IMG/VR virus record: IMGVR_UViG_3300045988_152944
Direction: 5' to 3' (one strand)
From: a virus
Length of the DNA stretch: 64,000 bases
Shown piece by piece: positions 28,493 to 38,450 of the stretch; within the stretch, counting starts at the first letter, position 1, and every line of letters starts with the position of its first letter. The position numbers were made by a program, and so were the translations under genes. A model generated the notes under the pieces. That model was not told the DNA's origin. It did not search any database and was given only the letters and a program-made list of their open reading frames with translations.

Positions 28493-29664
28493 GTGCTACT
28501 CTCCTGAAGCTCAGGAGCAAGCAGTTCCTCTATTTCTTCTGAAGGAATTCCTTTGCGTTTATATTCTTTAATAAGTTCAGCAATCAACTCTTGTTTACGC
28601 AAATATTCTTTACACATTCGCAAAGCCTCTTCCGCCTGCTTACGCGCCGCAATCTCTCTGCGTACAACCATTGCTTGTTCCTCAACCATTTGAGCGTAGT
28701 CAGAATCTGACAATCTCAACTGTGCCATAATTGATTTTGCACTAATATCAGAACACTGTTGGATGCTTGAACTTGTCTCAATATCGTAAAGATTGGTTTT
28801 GCCATCGTCATAGTTGGTCTCTTCCATGTCACGCATAATACCTGACAGCGTACCAGCACCTCGACTCTTGGAGTTAGCATATTTTGCCGACAATCCGTGG
28901 TCTTTACATAACATTGAAATATTTTTATTAACATCTGATTTCATTTTTCGCAAAACTTCCAAGTCTTTGGCGTTTTTTACGATGTCGTCAGGTGTTATAG
29001 ATAATTTTGCAATCGCCAAATCCAATCGGTCAATTTCCTCATAGTTAGTAACTATTTCAATTGCCGCTCTTTGACGCACCAAGTCATTATTTAAAGTCGG
29101 ATCAATCATTTGGCTGAGTGAACGATACAACATTGAACGTTGTGATATAGGTTTAGATTCAAACGGGTCGTAACCAAAACTTTTTTTAATATCATTACGA
29201 TTTTGTTTATCATCTTCCGTAAGCTCGTCTTCACCCTCTTTGAAACTAGCCATCTTTATAAATACTGACCGGCTTAACTGTTTGCAAAAAGATTTATTAC
29301 AATATTCTTCGTTTGTAAACAGAATCTCTAGATATTTATCTGGCATTATTTCAGTCGCATCCAATGATGTTGCCACACTTGACGCAAGTAAATCATCATA
29401 ATACCAGTCATTGATTGCGCAGAGCTGGAAAAGTGCCTCAAGATGGTCGTTTTCACATTCTGCTAATATTTTATTATATAATGCACGCGTACATTCTTTA
29501 CATAATAAAGATTTGTGCTCTTTATCTTTCACGGTTCGAAGTGCGGATATTGTCCCATTGCTACCCCAAAATTCTTCGGGGTCCAGACTAGTCTTACATC
29601 CGACACAATATAACTTTTGGGCTATTGTGCCAAAAGCTGATAAAATCTTCCTTTCAGTGGCCAT
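28489..29664 (-). CDS. hypothetical protein, possible small terminase (391 aa)
   Basis: Start moved to ATG 29664 (AAGGAGGG RBS); N-terminal CVGC..CKEC; called on position upstream of terL only. Confidence 0.3.
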   Translation of the reverse strand: MATERKILSAFGTIAQKLYCVGCKTSLDPEEFWGSNGTISALRTVKDKEHKSLLCKECTRALYNKILAECENDHLEALFQLCAINDWYYDDLLASSVATSLDATEIMPDKYLEILFTNEEYCNKSFCKQLSRSVFIKMASFKEGEDELTEDDKQNRNDIKKSFGYDPFESKPISQRSMLYRSLSQMIDPTLNNDLVRQRAAIEIVTNYEEIDRLDLAIAKLSITPDDIVKNAKDLEVLRKMKSDVNKNISMLCKDHGLSAKYANSKSRGAGTLSGIMRDMEETNYDDGKTNLYDIETSSSIQQCSDISAKSIMAQLRLSDSDYAQMVEEQAMVVRREIAARKQAEEALRMCKEYLRKQELIAELIKEYKRKGIPSEEIEELLAPELQESST

Positions 29665-29695
29665 AAGCCCTCCTTGTGATCTACACACAACCACT

Positions 29696-29723
29696 CAAAA
29701 AAGCCCCCACAACAGCGGAGGCT
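29696..29723 (-). terminator. rho-independent terminator
   Basis: AGCCUCC-N8-GGGGGCU stem (one G-U pair), then a U-run on the minus strand. Confidence 0.6.
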
Positions 29724-29745
29724 CTTTGAACAATATATCCTTGAA

Positions 29746-30981
29746 TTATTCCTGAATGTCTAAGTTAATACTATGATGCAACACGTTGTCACCATCAAAG
29801 ATTAACAGGGTTTGGCCTGGTTTGCCAAACAGGCGTTTGCTAAACGCATATTGATCTACGCCAACAATACTGCCATTTACATAAACTTTGAAATTGTTGA
29901 ACGTTTTAAGTTTTTCACAATGATAATGGCCGACAAAAGCATAATCTACCACTATCCCAGTGTAAGCAGTCATATTTTGGAAAAGCGTTGTAATATTATC
30001 ATGGTGCCCATGAACAAACACGCCGGTCTTCCCGTTTTGGAAATTAATCATACCAATTTCCTGATCGAGAACATTTTCCTCAAAAGTAATGTTCGTGTCT
30101 CTCAACCTTTCTTTTAAATAGAAAGTAATAAGCTTACCATAATTTTCAGCCTCAATACTTTCTTTAAGAGAAGGCGTCATTCGTGAATGATTATCGGTAA
30201 CAGAATAATATCTCACATCTGGTGCAGCAGCCTGCAGTTGATTGAGCGTGTCTGCAATAAGCTCAGATGCAACCATGATTTGTTCAACAACATCGATTTG
30301 TTGCTCCAATCTTGCACTTGTGTGAATATGCCCTTGGCAATAATCACCAAGTCCTAAAATATTTAATCTTTGAACATTGTTGTTTACACAATATCTAATT
30401 ACATCTTGGATTAGTTTATTTACTCTTTTGCGAGCAATAGTAATATTATATTTATTATAATAATTATCAATCTCTACCCCAATATGTAAGTCCGACAACA
30501 TTAAAACCGCTTCTGTGTAAGTATTTCCAACCGGATGATACACAACTTTGGGAAGTTTGGTAATATCCACAACCAACTCTTTCATCAAAGCTTTAAAATC
30601 ATCCAAACGCGCTTCTTCTCTCATCATTCTTCGATAAGCATTTAAAGAATCGCGTGTTTTTACTTGTTGTTTATACAAATCTTGAATTTGTCCTTGGATT
30701 TCGTCTTCCATTTCTTGGGTAGACAAATCTTCAACTGTTTTATTAGATAATAATTTTGAATTTCGAGGTAATTCGCCGGTGCGTGCAAGTTTTTGCTTTA
30801 CCCAACAACGATAGTTTTCACCCGTTGTAAAAGGCATTCCTAACATCTCGTTCAGGGCACTCCAGTTTTTTACTCCCAATGGTAACTCTTTATGGGTTAC
30901 CCCTATTTCAAACAAATCGTCCTCAGTTAAGTTTTCTTCATTAAACTTTTTGAGGAACTCTAAAAAGTCGGTTTGAGTCAT
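29746..30981 (-). CDS. calcineurin-like metallophosphoesterase (411 aa)
   Basis: Motifs LSDLHIG, LGDYCQG, VTDNHS, VHGHHD and VGHYH in canonical order. Confidence 0.7.
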   Translation of the reverse strand: MTQTDFLEFLKKFNEENLTEDDLFEIGVTHKELPLGVKNWSALNEMLGMPFTTGENYRCWVKQKLARTGELPRNSKLLSNKTVEDLSTQEMEDEIQGQIQDLYKQQVKTRDSLNAYRRMMREEARLDDFKALMKELVVDITKLPKVVYHPVGNTYTEAVLMLSDLHIGVEIDNYYNKYNITIARKRVNKLIQDVIRYCVNNNVQRLNILGLGDYCQGHIHTSARLEQQIDVVEQIMVASELIADTLNQLQAAAPDVRYYSVTDNHSRMTPSLKESIEAENYGKLITFYLKERLRDTNITFEENVLDQEIGMINFQNGKTGVFVHGHHDNITTLFQNMTAYTGIVVDYAFVGHYHCEKLKTFNNFKVYVNGSIVGVDQYAFSKRLFGKPGQTLLIFDGDNVLHHSINLDIQE

Positions 30982-30999
30982 GTATTTCTCCTTTTGCTT

Positions 31000-31230
31000 C
31001 TAGATAGTTCATTGAACTTCTCACGACTAAAGTCGTGAGATTCTTGGGAACTTCCGACCACTGCCGGAATATTTACCAAGCTAACCCCGTCGTCCCAACG
31101 GTTGTTTATATTTAGGCTAATTGTTTAAGCCCTTCATTAAGAATATTTATCGCCGCATTAACATCTCTATCATGATGAGTGTGACAAACGGGGCAATCCC
31201 ATTCTCTGACTTTTAGGTCTTTTGTCTCAG
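31000..31230 (-). ncRNA. candidate TnpB omega/reRNA (overlaps the tnpB 3' end; bounds approximate)
   Basis: Downstream of the stop: perfect hairpin CTCACGAC-TTTA-GTCGTGAG (31020-31039) plus TTCCG..CGGAA and CCGT..ACGG stems, in the position expected for the right-end guide RNA scaffold. Confidence 0.5.
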
Positions 31231-32209
31231 TGTTCTTATATCCACAAACGCTACAAGTCTGCGAACTCGGGAAGAATTTGTCAACTTTAATAACCATTCT
31301 TCCATACCAACGTGCTTTATACTCCAACTCTCTTACAAATTCTGACCAAGAAACATCATTGATTGCTTGCGCGAGTTTGTGATTTTTAACCATATTTTTT
31401 ATTTGCAAATCTTCAAGACAAATCACATCATTTTCTCGAATGATAACTGTTGAGAGTTTTTGTAGAAAATCTTTACGTTGATTTGAAATTTTCTCATGCA
31501 ATCTCGCGACTTTTATTCTTGCTTTGTTACGGTTAGAACCATCTTTTGATTTTCGAGATAATTCTTTTTGTAACTTTGCAAGTTTATTTAACGAGTTTTT
31601 GAGATATTTCGGATTATTGACAACCTCACCATCGCTCGTGATACAAAACTCTTTAAGACCCAGGTCTATGCCGACCACATTGTTTGTAATCGGCAATGGT
31701 TGTATATCCACATCCACACAGCACAACGAAACGTAGTATTTTCCGCTGGGCTCTTGTGAAACCGTCGCGTTTACTATTCTACCTTGTGGTACCAACTTGT
31801 TTTTCGTTTTTACCAATCCAAGTTTTGGAAGTTGAATGTAACCGCCAAGATATTTTATGGTGCCATTCCTATATTTAGAGTTGTAAGAATATTTATGAGT
31901 TTTCTTACTTTTGAAATTTGGAAACCCAGCGTGTTCTTTAAAGAACTTTTTATAAGCATTGTCTAAATCTTTGAGAGAAGATTGAAGAGCAGTGGAATCA
32001 ACTTCTGTAAGCCATTCAAGTTCAGCTTTTAGTTTAGTCATCGCTTTCGAACATTGAACGTAAGTTATATTTTTCTTTTCGGTTTTATATAATTCAATCT
32101 TTTCAGCAAGATACTTGTTATATACAAATCGGCAACAACCAAATGTTTTTGCAATTATTTCTTTCTGCTTTTCGTTTGGATATATACGATATTTATAAGA
32201 TTTTTCCAC
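31112..32209 (-). CDS. tnpB: TnpB RNA-guided endonuclease (365 aa)
   Basis: N-terminus YKYRIYPN..Q, RuvC D (GIDLG) and E (VICLEDL), zinc finger [25 protein letters not shown] start with AAAGGAGG RBS. Confidence 0.9.
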   Translation of the reverse strand: MEKSYKYRIYPNEKQKEIIAKTFGCCRFVYNKYLAEKIELYKTEKKNITYVQCSKAMTKLKAELEWLTEVDSTALQSSLKDLDNAYKKFFKEHAGFPNFKSKKTHKYSYNSKYRNGTIKYLGGYIQLPKLGLVKTKNKLVPQGRIVNATVSQEPSGKYYVSLCCVDVDIQPLPITNNVVGIDLGLKEFCITSDGEVVNNPKYLKNSLNKLAKLQKELSRKSKDGSNRNKARIKVARLHEKISNQRKDFLQKLSTVIIRENDVICLEDLQIKNMVKNHKLAQAINDVSWSEFVRELEYKARWYGRMVIKVDKFFPSSQTCSVCGYKNTETKDLKVREWDCPVCHTHHDRDVNAAINILNEGLKQLA

Positions 32210-32301
32210 ACTCTTTACCTCCTTTTCTGATTTAATAAAACTATTATTTTACTCTTTCCATAGAATATTAGAACACCGTACCTTTCGACATCTACCACAA
32301 A

Positions 32302-33054
32302 TCAGATTTTTTTGGCCTGTCGAGAACGCCGTTTTAACTCGTTTTTACGCTGTGTTAATTCGGTTTTGTAACAATCGGGGCATAAATCCTTATATTTCTT
32401 TTTCCCCACGATAAACCTCTTACCACACGACCTACAAGTGCCACTATATTCGCTAAATTGGAAATCTGTCTTAACCGTTCCTTTATTATCAAAAAAATTT
32501 AATTCGATTACGTTCCCGTAAACAGGTTTCCCGTCTCTGAAATAAGCTTTCTGGTGCATAGTATATAAGTTGTATTGGGCATTCCACTTGTCCATTTGTA
32601 AAACTCTATATGGGCGACGTTGGCGGCGGGTACCTTTAATTAACCCTTCCCAAACTTCTTGGCTACAAAAAAATCCATCTGCTCGTCCAAAAGAGCGTTG
32701 GCACTCAACTAAAATTCGCAAAAACTCTTTGTATTCTTTGTCTACATCTAAACCTTCAATAAAATTATATTCTTTTGCTGTTAGCCCATAAATATATTTT
32801 CTATTAAAGCCATAATGTAACGCCTTCTCCCAAAATTTATCAAAATACTCACGAGTTTCTTCTTCACTAAAACACCCTACAACTTGTGGCGACTCTAGTT
32901 CCACCCAAATCTTATAGGCGGTCTCTTTAGTCACCCCTTGCTCTTGCCAATATTGACAAAGGTGTGTTTGTTCGGTGTTAATACTACGTCGTGTGTTATA
33001 ATATCCTTGTTTTAACACTGCTTCTGAATTTTTATTCCAGTCCAAAATTAACAT
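32302..33054 (-). CDS. hypothetical protein with a C-terminal zinc ribbon (250 aa)
   Basis: AAAGGAG RBS; CRSCGK..CPDC. Confidence 0.55.
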   Translation of the reverse strand: MLILDWNKNSEAVLKQGYYNTRRSINTEQTHLCQYWQEQGVTKETAYKIWVELESPQVVGCFSEEETREYFDKFWEKALHYGFNRKYIYGLTAKEYNFIEGLDVDKEYKEFLRILVECQRSFGRADGFFCSQEVWEGLIKGTRRQRRPYRVLQMDKWNAQYNLYTMHQKAYFRDGKPVYGNVIELNFFDNKGTVKTDFQFSEYSGTCRSCGKRFIVGKKKYKDLCPDCYKTELTQRKNELKRRSRQAKKI

Positions 33055-33057
33055 AGG

Positions 33058-33639
33058 TTAACTCCTTTTCGCCACCGGTGTACGCAGTACAGCTAAGAAT
33101 TCTTGTAAGGAATAATCAAGGGCGAACAGCTCATCTTCATTTTCTCGCACGAACACCGGAAGTTTAAAACATAAGATCGGATTTTTACTACCAACCACTC
33201 TAAATTCTAATTTAAGCTTCACGGCCTGATGCACCAATTCTAAAAACTTCTTATGATCCTTCATCCCCAACAATTGCATAATTTGTGGCTCGTCGTATTT
33301 GATCCACCCTGAGTCGTGCCAAGTTGTTTTAGCCACATATATTAACACCCCAAACAAGGCTCGAACTTCCTCATTGCTAATATTTAATAAAAAGTTCCAT
33401 TCGTCCTCATAAACCACGAAAGTTGTGAATGTATTTTTGGTATCAAGAGGGGCCTTTAATAAACAGTCCACAATTTGTTCAAAACATTGGTTATTTAATT
33501 CAAACCCGCGTTCACACTCAAGGAGAAATTCTCGTATAGAGCCGTCGGTCATACCTTCGGCTCTTAACGAACTAATAATTTTTACAACGCTGCTGCCTTT
33601 CTCGATCAATTTGTTACAAATTTGTTCTTCAACTGTCAT
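33058..33639 (-). CDS. hypothetical protein (193 aa)
   Basis: Start moved to ATG 33639 (GGAGGA RBS); overlaps the RNAP stop by 11 nt. Confidence 0.5.
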   Translation of the reverse strand: MTVEEQICNKLIEKGSSVVKIISSLRAEGMTDGSIREFLLECERGFELNNQCFEQIVDCLLKAPLDTKNTFTTFVVYEDEWNFLLNISNEEVRALFGVLIYVAKTTWHDSGWIKYDEPQIMQLLGMKDHKKFLELVHQAVKLKLEFRVVGSKNPILCFKLPVFVRENEDELFALDYSLQEFLAVLRTPVAKRS

Positions 33640-34870
33640 AGTCACAATCTCCTCCAAATAAGTTATCAGCATCGAAGTCAAAATCTAAATCTTGCCCCAA
33701 AATTTCTTCCCACGCCGCTTGATTCCAATCGTCATCATCACACAACTCGCTGACGCGATCTTCGTGAATCACTTGTAAAGTGTATCGATTACCAAGGTAT
33801 TCAAATCCAACTTCGTTTTTCACGGGAATTTGAACAATTCCACGAGGGATTAAATCTAACACGCTTTCGTCTAAAATGTCCCAAGCAAAATCCCAATTAA
33901 ACTGTTTGTATTCTTTTGATAAACAATGGCAGTAATAAAGCAATTCTTTGCCACTGAACGACGAAGACTCAATCGCCTCTTGAATTTCCGTTCTGATAAA
34001 TGTCATTGCCCCGAATCTGATTTCATCATATTCGTCACGATTCGGTAAATCAATATTATCAACAATACTCTCCAAGGTTTTTACTTGTTTACGCGCTGTA
34101 TATTTGCGATACAAATCTTTAACAATAGCAAACCGTTCTTGATCAAATTCAAAACAATCCTCAAAGGTGGGCAACATACTTACCGCGTTTTTATTGAAAT
34201 TAATATCAAAATCGACATTTTCAAATTCCTTACACAACACATTCATTATGCACGGTGCGGTGATTAGTGGCGAATACTTTTGATAACGGCGTACCAAATT
34301 CATCTCGTCTTCTGATTTATTAGGTTTGGTTAAAAGTTTTTTAAATTTAACACCAAACATATTTTTGGACGCCATATTATAACTGTTTTCGTATTGTTTA
34401 AATTGTTGATTTAGTTCGGGATATAAATATCTAAAGAAATATGGTTTTTTAGAAATAACCATCGAGTTTCTTTTATATTTATCAGCCTTAACCGCATCAG
34501 TGTCATCATCATTAATTCGGATGAATTTCTTCCACTCTTTCGGCAACTCCGGCGCGGCTGTTCCTTTAATTCGATCAATTTCTTGACCAACAATTTCTCG
34601 AAGTAATTTAATACGCAATGTAAGTTCGTCTCTTTGCTCTTTTTGGGTGTCTTTTTGGAAAATTCCCTTCATCGCGTGCATTATTGTTGCGCAGTTAGAA
34701 AAACCTCCAACCCCAGTTCCCAATCCGCGAATATCAGTCGCGATTGAATTCTTTAAACAAATCTTTTGAACCGGCACCGCACCTTTCTCATATGTGATGA
34801 CATTGTGCCATTTTTGCGCACCCTTGATAAAGATTTTATTATCCGTGGACATTACTACATCTCCGTCAAC
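33629..34870 (-). CDS. YonO-like single-subunit RNA polymerase, exon 2
   Basis: Reading frame is open upstream of the track Met back to 34870 and reads VDGDVVMSTDNK, which completes a DxDGD motif when joined to exon 1. Confidence 0.6.
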   Translation of the reverse strand, partial: VDGDVVMSTDNKIFIKGAQKWHNVITYEKGAVPVQKICLKNSIATDIRGLGTGVGGFSNCATIMHAMKGIFQKDTQKEQRDELTLRIKLLREIVGQEIDRIKGTAAPELPKEWKKFIRINDDDTDAVKADKYKRNSMVISKKPYFFRYLYPELNQQFKQYENSYNMASKNMFGVKFKKLLTKPNKSEDEMNLVRRYQKYSPLITAPCIMNVLCKEFENVDFDINFNKNAVSMLPTFEDCFEFDQERFAIVKDLYRKYTARKQVKTLESIVDNIDLPNRDEYDEIRFGAMTFIRTEIQEAIESSSFSGKELLYYCHCLSKEYKQFNWDFAWDILDESVLDLIPRGIVQIPVKNEVGFEYLGNRYTLQVIHEDRVSELCDDDDWNQAAWEEILGQDLDFDFDADNLFGGDCDYDS

Positions 34871-35190
34871 CTTTACACCCTCGGTTTCCCGATATTTCTT
34901 AGGGGAGTAGATTATCTCATCAACTCATTTCCTGTTACCGTAGTGAGCTGCTCAGCGCTTTGAATGTTGGAGTTTCACCAACACCCTACTCTACTTGCTT
35001 ACTTTCAAACATATTTCTTGTTTGATACGCGTTCGATAATCGTTACACTTTCCTTATTAAAGGCTTAGCACGGTGTTCCCTACGCAGGTTCACCGTTAGC
35101 AGGATTTCATCCCACACCTTGGATTTCCAAGTTCACTGAGTTATCATTCGATTGTCACCAACCGACGGACCCTGTATACGTTAAGTCACT
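34871..35190 (-). other. group I-like self-splicing intron, ORF-less (320 nt)
   Basis: Stop-filled insert. The 5' exon ends in U (35191) and the intron ends in G (34871). Exon CCGAU can pair with intron GUCGG about 25 nt in (P1). Other stems: UCGG-GAAA-CCGA tetraloop hairpin, CUUGG-AAAU-CCAAG, GUUGG..CCAAC. Confidence 0.6.
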
Positions 35191-36825
35191 ATCGGAGTGT
35201 CGTAATGTTGAAGTATCATATATACTGTAAATGATTCCACTCTTAATATATTGATACCAATAGTCCATATCTTCGGACGATACTACTTTACAAGGGTTGT
35301 GTTCGTGCGAATCAATCATCGGGCTTCGGCACAGGTCAACACAACCCACACTTCGCTGCCTCCAGAAATTTGAATACACTTGGTCAGGCCCAATTAACCC
35401 CACCGGTTCCAACCCAAGCGCCGATTGACACTGTGCCACGGGATCAGAAATCATAAAACTATAATTTCCTCTCACCCATATCTTACCAATCTTCGCCTTG
35501 TTTATCGTCTCAGCAATATTGCGATATATTTTCTTCTGTACATGAGCGTCTTCCAACATTATCGGGTTTTTAATAATAGCCCTCAACGCCGTGCTTTGCG
35601 CCCCATTATACAATTCTTTAAAACTGACTTGTTCACCCTTGCAACCCAACATATACAACATTGTATACAATTGGTCACCTGAACAAATCTTTTTAATCCA
35701 ATCAATTGTCGGTTGAATCAATTCCAGAATATCATCCTTATTGATATCCAACACTTGCAGATATTGATAATTGGCCAGCACATATTCGTCATCGTACTTT
35801 TTATTATATCTCGCAACTCCCCACTGAATACCAGCCGCATCTACATACTTTTGATATTCATACCAAGATACATAATATTTATACATCTTGAATTGAGATT
35901 CACTCAATATAACGTCAATATCCTCCAACCTATGTGAAATTCCCCACCGGTCACGAATTGAATCAATACCGTGTTCAGCTCCAAACTCTCGAAAATCAAA
36001 CGGGACCAAACACCCCTTCACAAAAACGCTACGAACAACGAACGACGACGGCGTATACGATAAATTCATATCTTCTGCCCACAGTGCCGCAAACTTAGGA
36101 TCGACCAATCCCTGTCCATCAGCGCAATTCAACTCGATGTCCATAGTTCTTTCTTTAATCTGCTTCTTCCCGGTCTCAGGATTAGGGCAAATCCAATCCA
36201 CCTGTTGGTCCTTCACCACATTAAAGAAATCCTTAACAACACACACTCTCGGCGTCCTCACCCACATAACACTCGAAAACGCCAACGCAAAATACGCATG
36301 ATATTTCGCCAAATTCATTTCTGAAATCTTGGTGTCCAACCCGCACATCAGATTTTTATACAGGGTGTCATAAAGAGCTTCATTAATAAAGGTAATAGTG
36401 TTGCGCCTCATTTGTCCCGAACCACAACAAAACCTCACATAATGAATACCGTTAACGTCAAATCCGTTCTTGGCCAATTCTTTATATTCTTTTTTGGTCA
36501 CGACTTCAACGTTAACAATATCTTTAACAAACAACGCATCTGTCAAAAACCGATTAAGAATACCAGCTTCTTTGGTTCGTCCTTCTCTCTTCGCAGCTCT
36601 GATAGCGCGACGAAATTGTTGGACATCGTTAAAAATCTCTCGATGACTTCTGGTATCATTATAATATTTTCTGATTTGTTGAAAAACCAGATTATCACCA
36701 ATTGATACCAGTGCCCCATCGCGAGCTGCCTTAGATTTTGAATAATTAACTATATTTAAGTTGTTCTCTACAATAAAACTAGATTTAAGTTTAAAAACTT
36801 GATATAGGTTTTGTAAATTAGGCAC
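35191..36825 (-). CDS. YonO-like single-subunit RNA polymerase, exon 1
   Basis: Ends ...CRSPMIDSHEHNPCKVV...STLRHSD, resembling the R.P...H...P / S.DxDGD region of YonO and eukaryotic RdRP-type two-barrel polymerases. GTG start 2 nt after the upstream stop. Confidence 0.6.
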
Positions 36826-36827
36826 TC

Positions 36828-37376
36828 TTAATCTTCCTCTTTTTCGCGTTTAATAATATCTAGCAAATCATTCACCGTTTGTGTCAAATCTAAATTTGTC
36901 AAAACGTATTTGTTTTTATATTCCTTCTCGAACTCACAAAACTGGGCGTCTTCCGCAGCCATTCTCTTGTGGACAATTTCAACATCATCGCCTCGTTTCA
37001 TCAAGAATCCACGTTGTACATCCGCAGGTACAGAAATCAAAACAGCCACAATTTTTAATGGGTGTTTGTGGAAGTTCCAATACTTCCACAAATCCCCAAG
37101 TCCTTTAGGATCGATTATATAAAAATCACTATTTAATACTTGCGTAACTGTAGCAAAATATTCCACATCTCCAATTACAGTCTGTGCAATAATATCATCT
37201 TTATATTTATCCACATCCTCAGGTTGTACAAAAATGTGGGTGTCACCTTCATTAACTCTCTTGGGACGTGTGGTATAAGAACACACTTTCTTCATTCCTG
37301 TCAGTTGGCACACACGATCAACGACCGTATCTTTCCCGGCGCCACTTCTGCCAAGTACACAAAATAATGTTTTCAT
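36828..37376 (-). CDS. guanylate kinase-like P-loop nucleotide kinase (182 aa)
   Basis: GRSGAGKDT P-loop and SYTTRPKRVNEGDTHIFV, matching the guanylate kinase signature; GAGGAG RBS. Confidence 0.6.
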   Translation of the reverse strand: MKTLFCVLGRSGAGKDTVVDRVCQLTGMKKVCSYTTRPKRVNEGDTHIFVQPEDVDKYKDDIIAQTVIGDVEYFATVTQVLNSDFYIIDPKGLGDLWKYWNFHKHPLKIVAVLISVPADVQRGFLMKRGDDVEIVHKRMAAEDAQFCEFEKEYKNKYVLTNLDLTQTVNDLLDIIKREKEED

Positions 37377-37377
37377 T

Positions 37378-37947
37378 TTACTCCTCGATAATCGACGAAG
37401 GTTTCCCTACAAGTTCAGGATAGTTGGCATAAAACTTTACCAACGCTTCCAAGTCTTTAAAGTTATGTATGATATAAAAATCATCCTCATTACCCTCAAC
37501 ATGATTACGTTGATGGTTAACGTCGCCAGTAAACAACACAACCATATCAGCTAAATAATTAGCACACATACGATAATCGCTACCGACATATATAACCGAA
37601 TCTCCAAAAAGACGAATTTTTTCTATATCCGCTGCTGTTGCTGTTCTATAAGCTTCAGCATAACTTTCAATCTCGATAGTGAGCTTGCAGTTCTCCGCAA
37701 GTTCTGTGATGGTATCAAGAAAATCTTCCGCACCTTCTCGAATCCACAAGTCGGGCACATTCAGACTTTTGATACAATTAATGATTTCGAAATCATGATC
37801 TTGACCACAGAACGTTTGGAATTTGTTTTCGTAAAAATCGATTACAGAATAATTAGTGTTGTATTTTTCATTAAGTTTTTTGGTTATTGTCTCCGCACAA
37901 TTAAAAATTACATTGTCTTCTACAATTAGATGTAAGTGTTTGCTCAT
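37378..37947 (-). CDS. hypothetical protein (189 aa), first gene of the left arm
   Basis: Track ORF with weak AAGGA RBS, downstream of promoter P1. Confidence 0.5.
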   Translation of the reverse strand: MSKHLHLIVEDNVIFNCAETITKKLNEKYNTNYSVIDFYENKFQTFCGQDHDFEIINCIKSLNVPDLWIREGAEDFLDTITELAENCKLTIEIESYAEAYRTATAADIEKIRLFGDSVIYVGSDYRMCANYLADMVVLFTGDVNHQRNHVEGNEDDFYIIHNFKDLEALVKFYANYPELVGKPSSIIEE

Positions 37948-37984
37948 AGTAGTGTAGTTCCTTAGAAGTTATATAGATTCCCAA

Positions 37985-38006
37985 AGAAAGAGGATATTCT
38001 CTTTCT
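37985..38006 (-). promoter_or_regulatory. 5'-leader hairpin between P1 and the first left-arm gene
   Basis: Perfect AGAAAGAG-N6-CTCTTTCT. Confidence 0.4.
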
Positions 38007-38021
38007 TCTTATTATATTTAT

Positions 38022-38050
38022 ATTATAACACATATCATATTTAATATCAA
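38022..38050 (-). promoter_or_regulatory. sigma-70/sigma-A type promoter P1 (leftward)
   Basis: TTGATA-17 nt-TATAAT on the minus strand. Confidence 0.7.
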
Positions 38051-38108
38051 CCTATGATGACATTTTTATAAAATTTTTAACATTTTTTAATTTTTCTGTC
38101 ATTGTAGG

Positions 38109-38137
38109 TTGACTTTTCTTTTCAAAGTTGTTATAAT
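38109..38137 (+). promoter_or_regulatory. consensus promoter P2 (rightward)
   Basis: TTGACT-17 nt-TATAAT. Confidence 0.75.
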
Positions 38138-38139
38138 TT

Positions 38140-38291
38140 GGGTGGTGGGCGGGTATAGATAAGAAGATCTTTTTTATTTATATATAAATATATAATATAT
38201 ATTCTATAATTATAACATATAATATGTTAAATATATATTAAAATATAATATAATAAAAAATAGTGATCTCATTCTCCCGACCACCCACCCC
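38140..38291. repeat. G-box / AT-core / C-box element between convergent promoters
   Basis: GGGTGGTGGGCGGG (38140-38153) and CCCGACCACCCACCCC (38276-38291) are imperfect inverted repeats. They bracket ~120 bp of almost pure A/T. Confidence 0.7.
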
Positions 38292-38292
38292 T

Positions 38293-38321
38293 ATTATACA
38301 CAGAAAAATACCATTTGTCAA
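38293..38321 (-). promoter_or_regulatory. consensus promoter P3 (leftward)
   Basis: TTGACA-17 nt-TATAAT on the minus strand. Confidence 0.75.
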
Positions 38322-38421
38322 CTACCAATGACAGAAAATACAAAAAAATAAAAAAATATTTTCCACAAAGCAAAACTACCACGCATGCTCACAGAATCTT
38401 AAAGAATTATGTCATCTACGG

Positions 38422-38450
38422 TTGACTTTTGTTGGCACATAGTGTATAAT
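38422..38450 (+). promoter_or_regulatory. consensus promoter P4 (rightward, early arm)
   Basis: TTGACT-17 nt-TATAAT. Confidence 0.8.

Larger units (their letters stand above)
31000..32300 (-). mobile_element. solo TnpB (IS200/IS605-family, TnpA-less) element; ends approximate
   Basis: tnpB plus a 92-nt upstream and ~110-nt downstream non-coding end, filling the gap between two phage genes. Confidence 0.65.
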
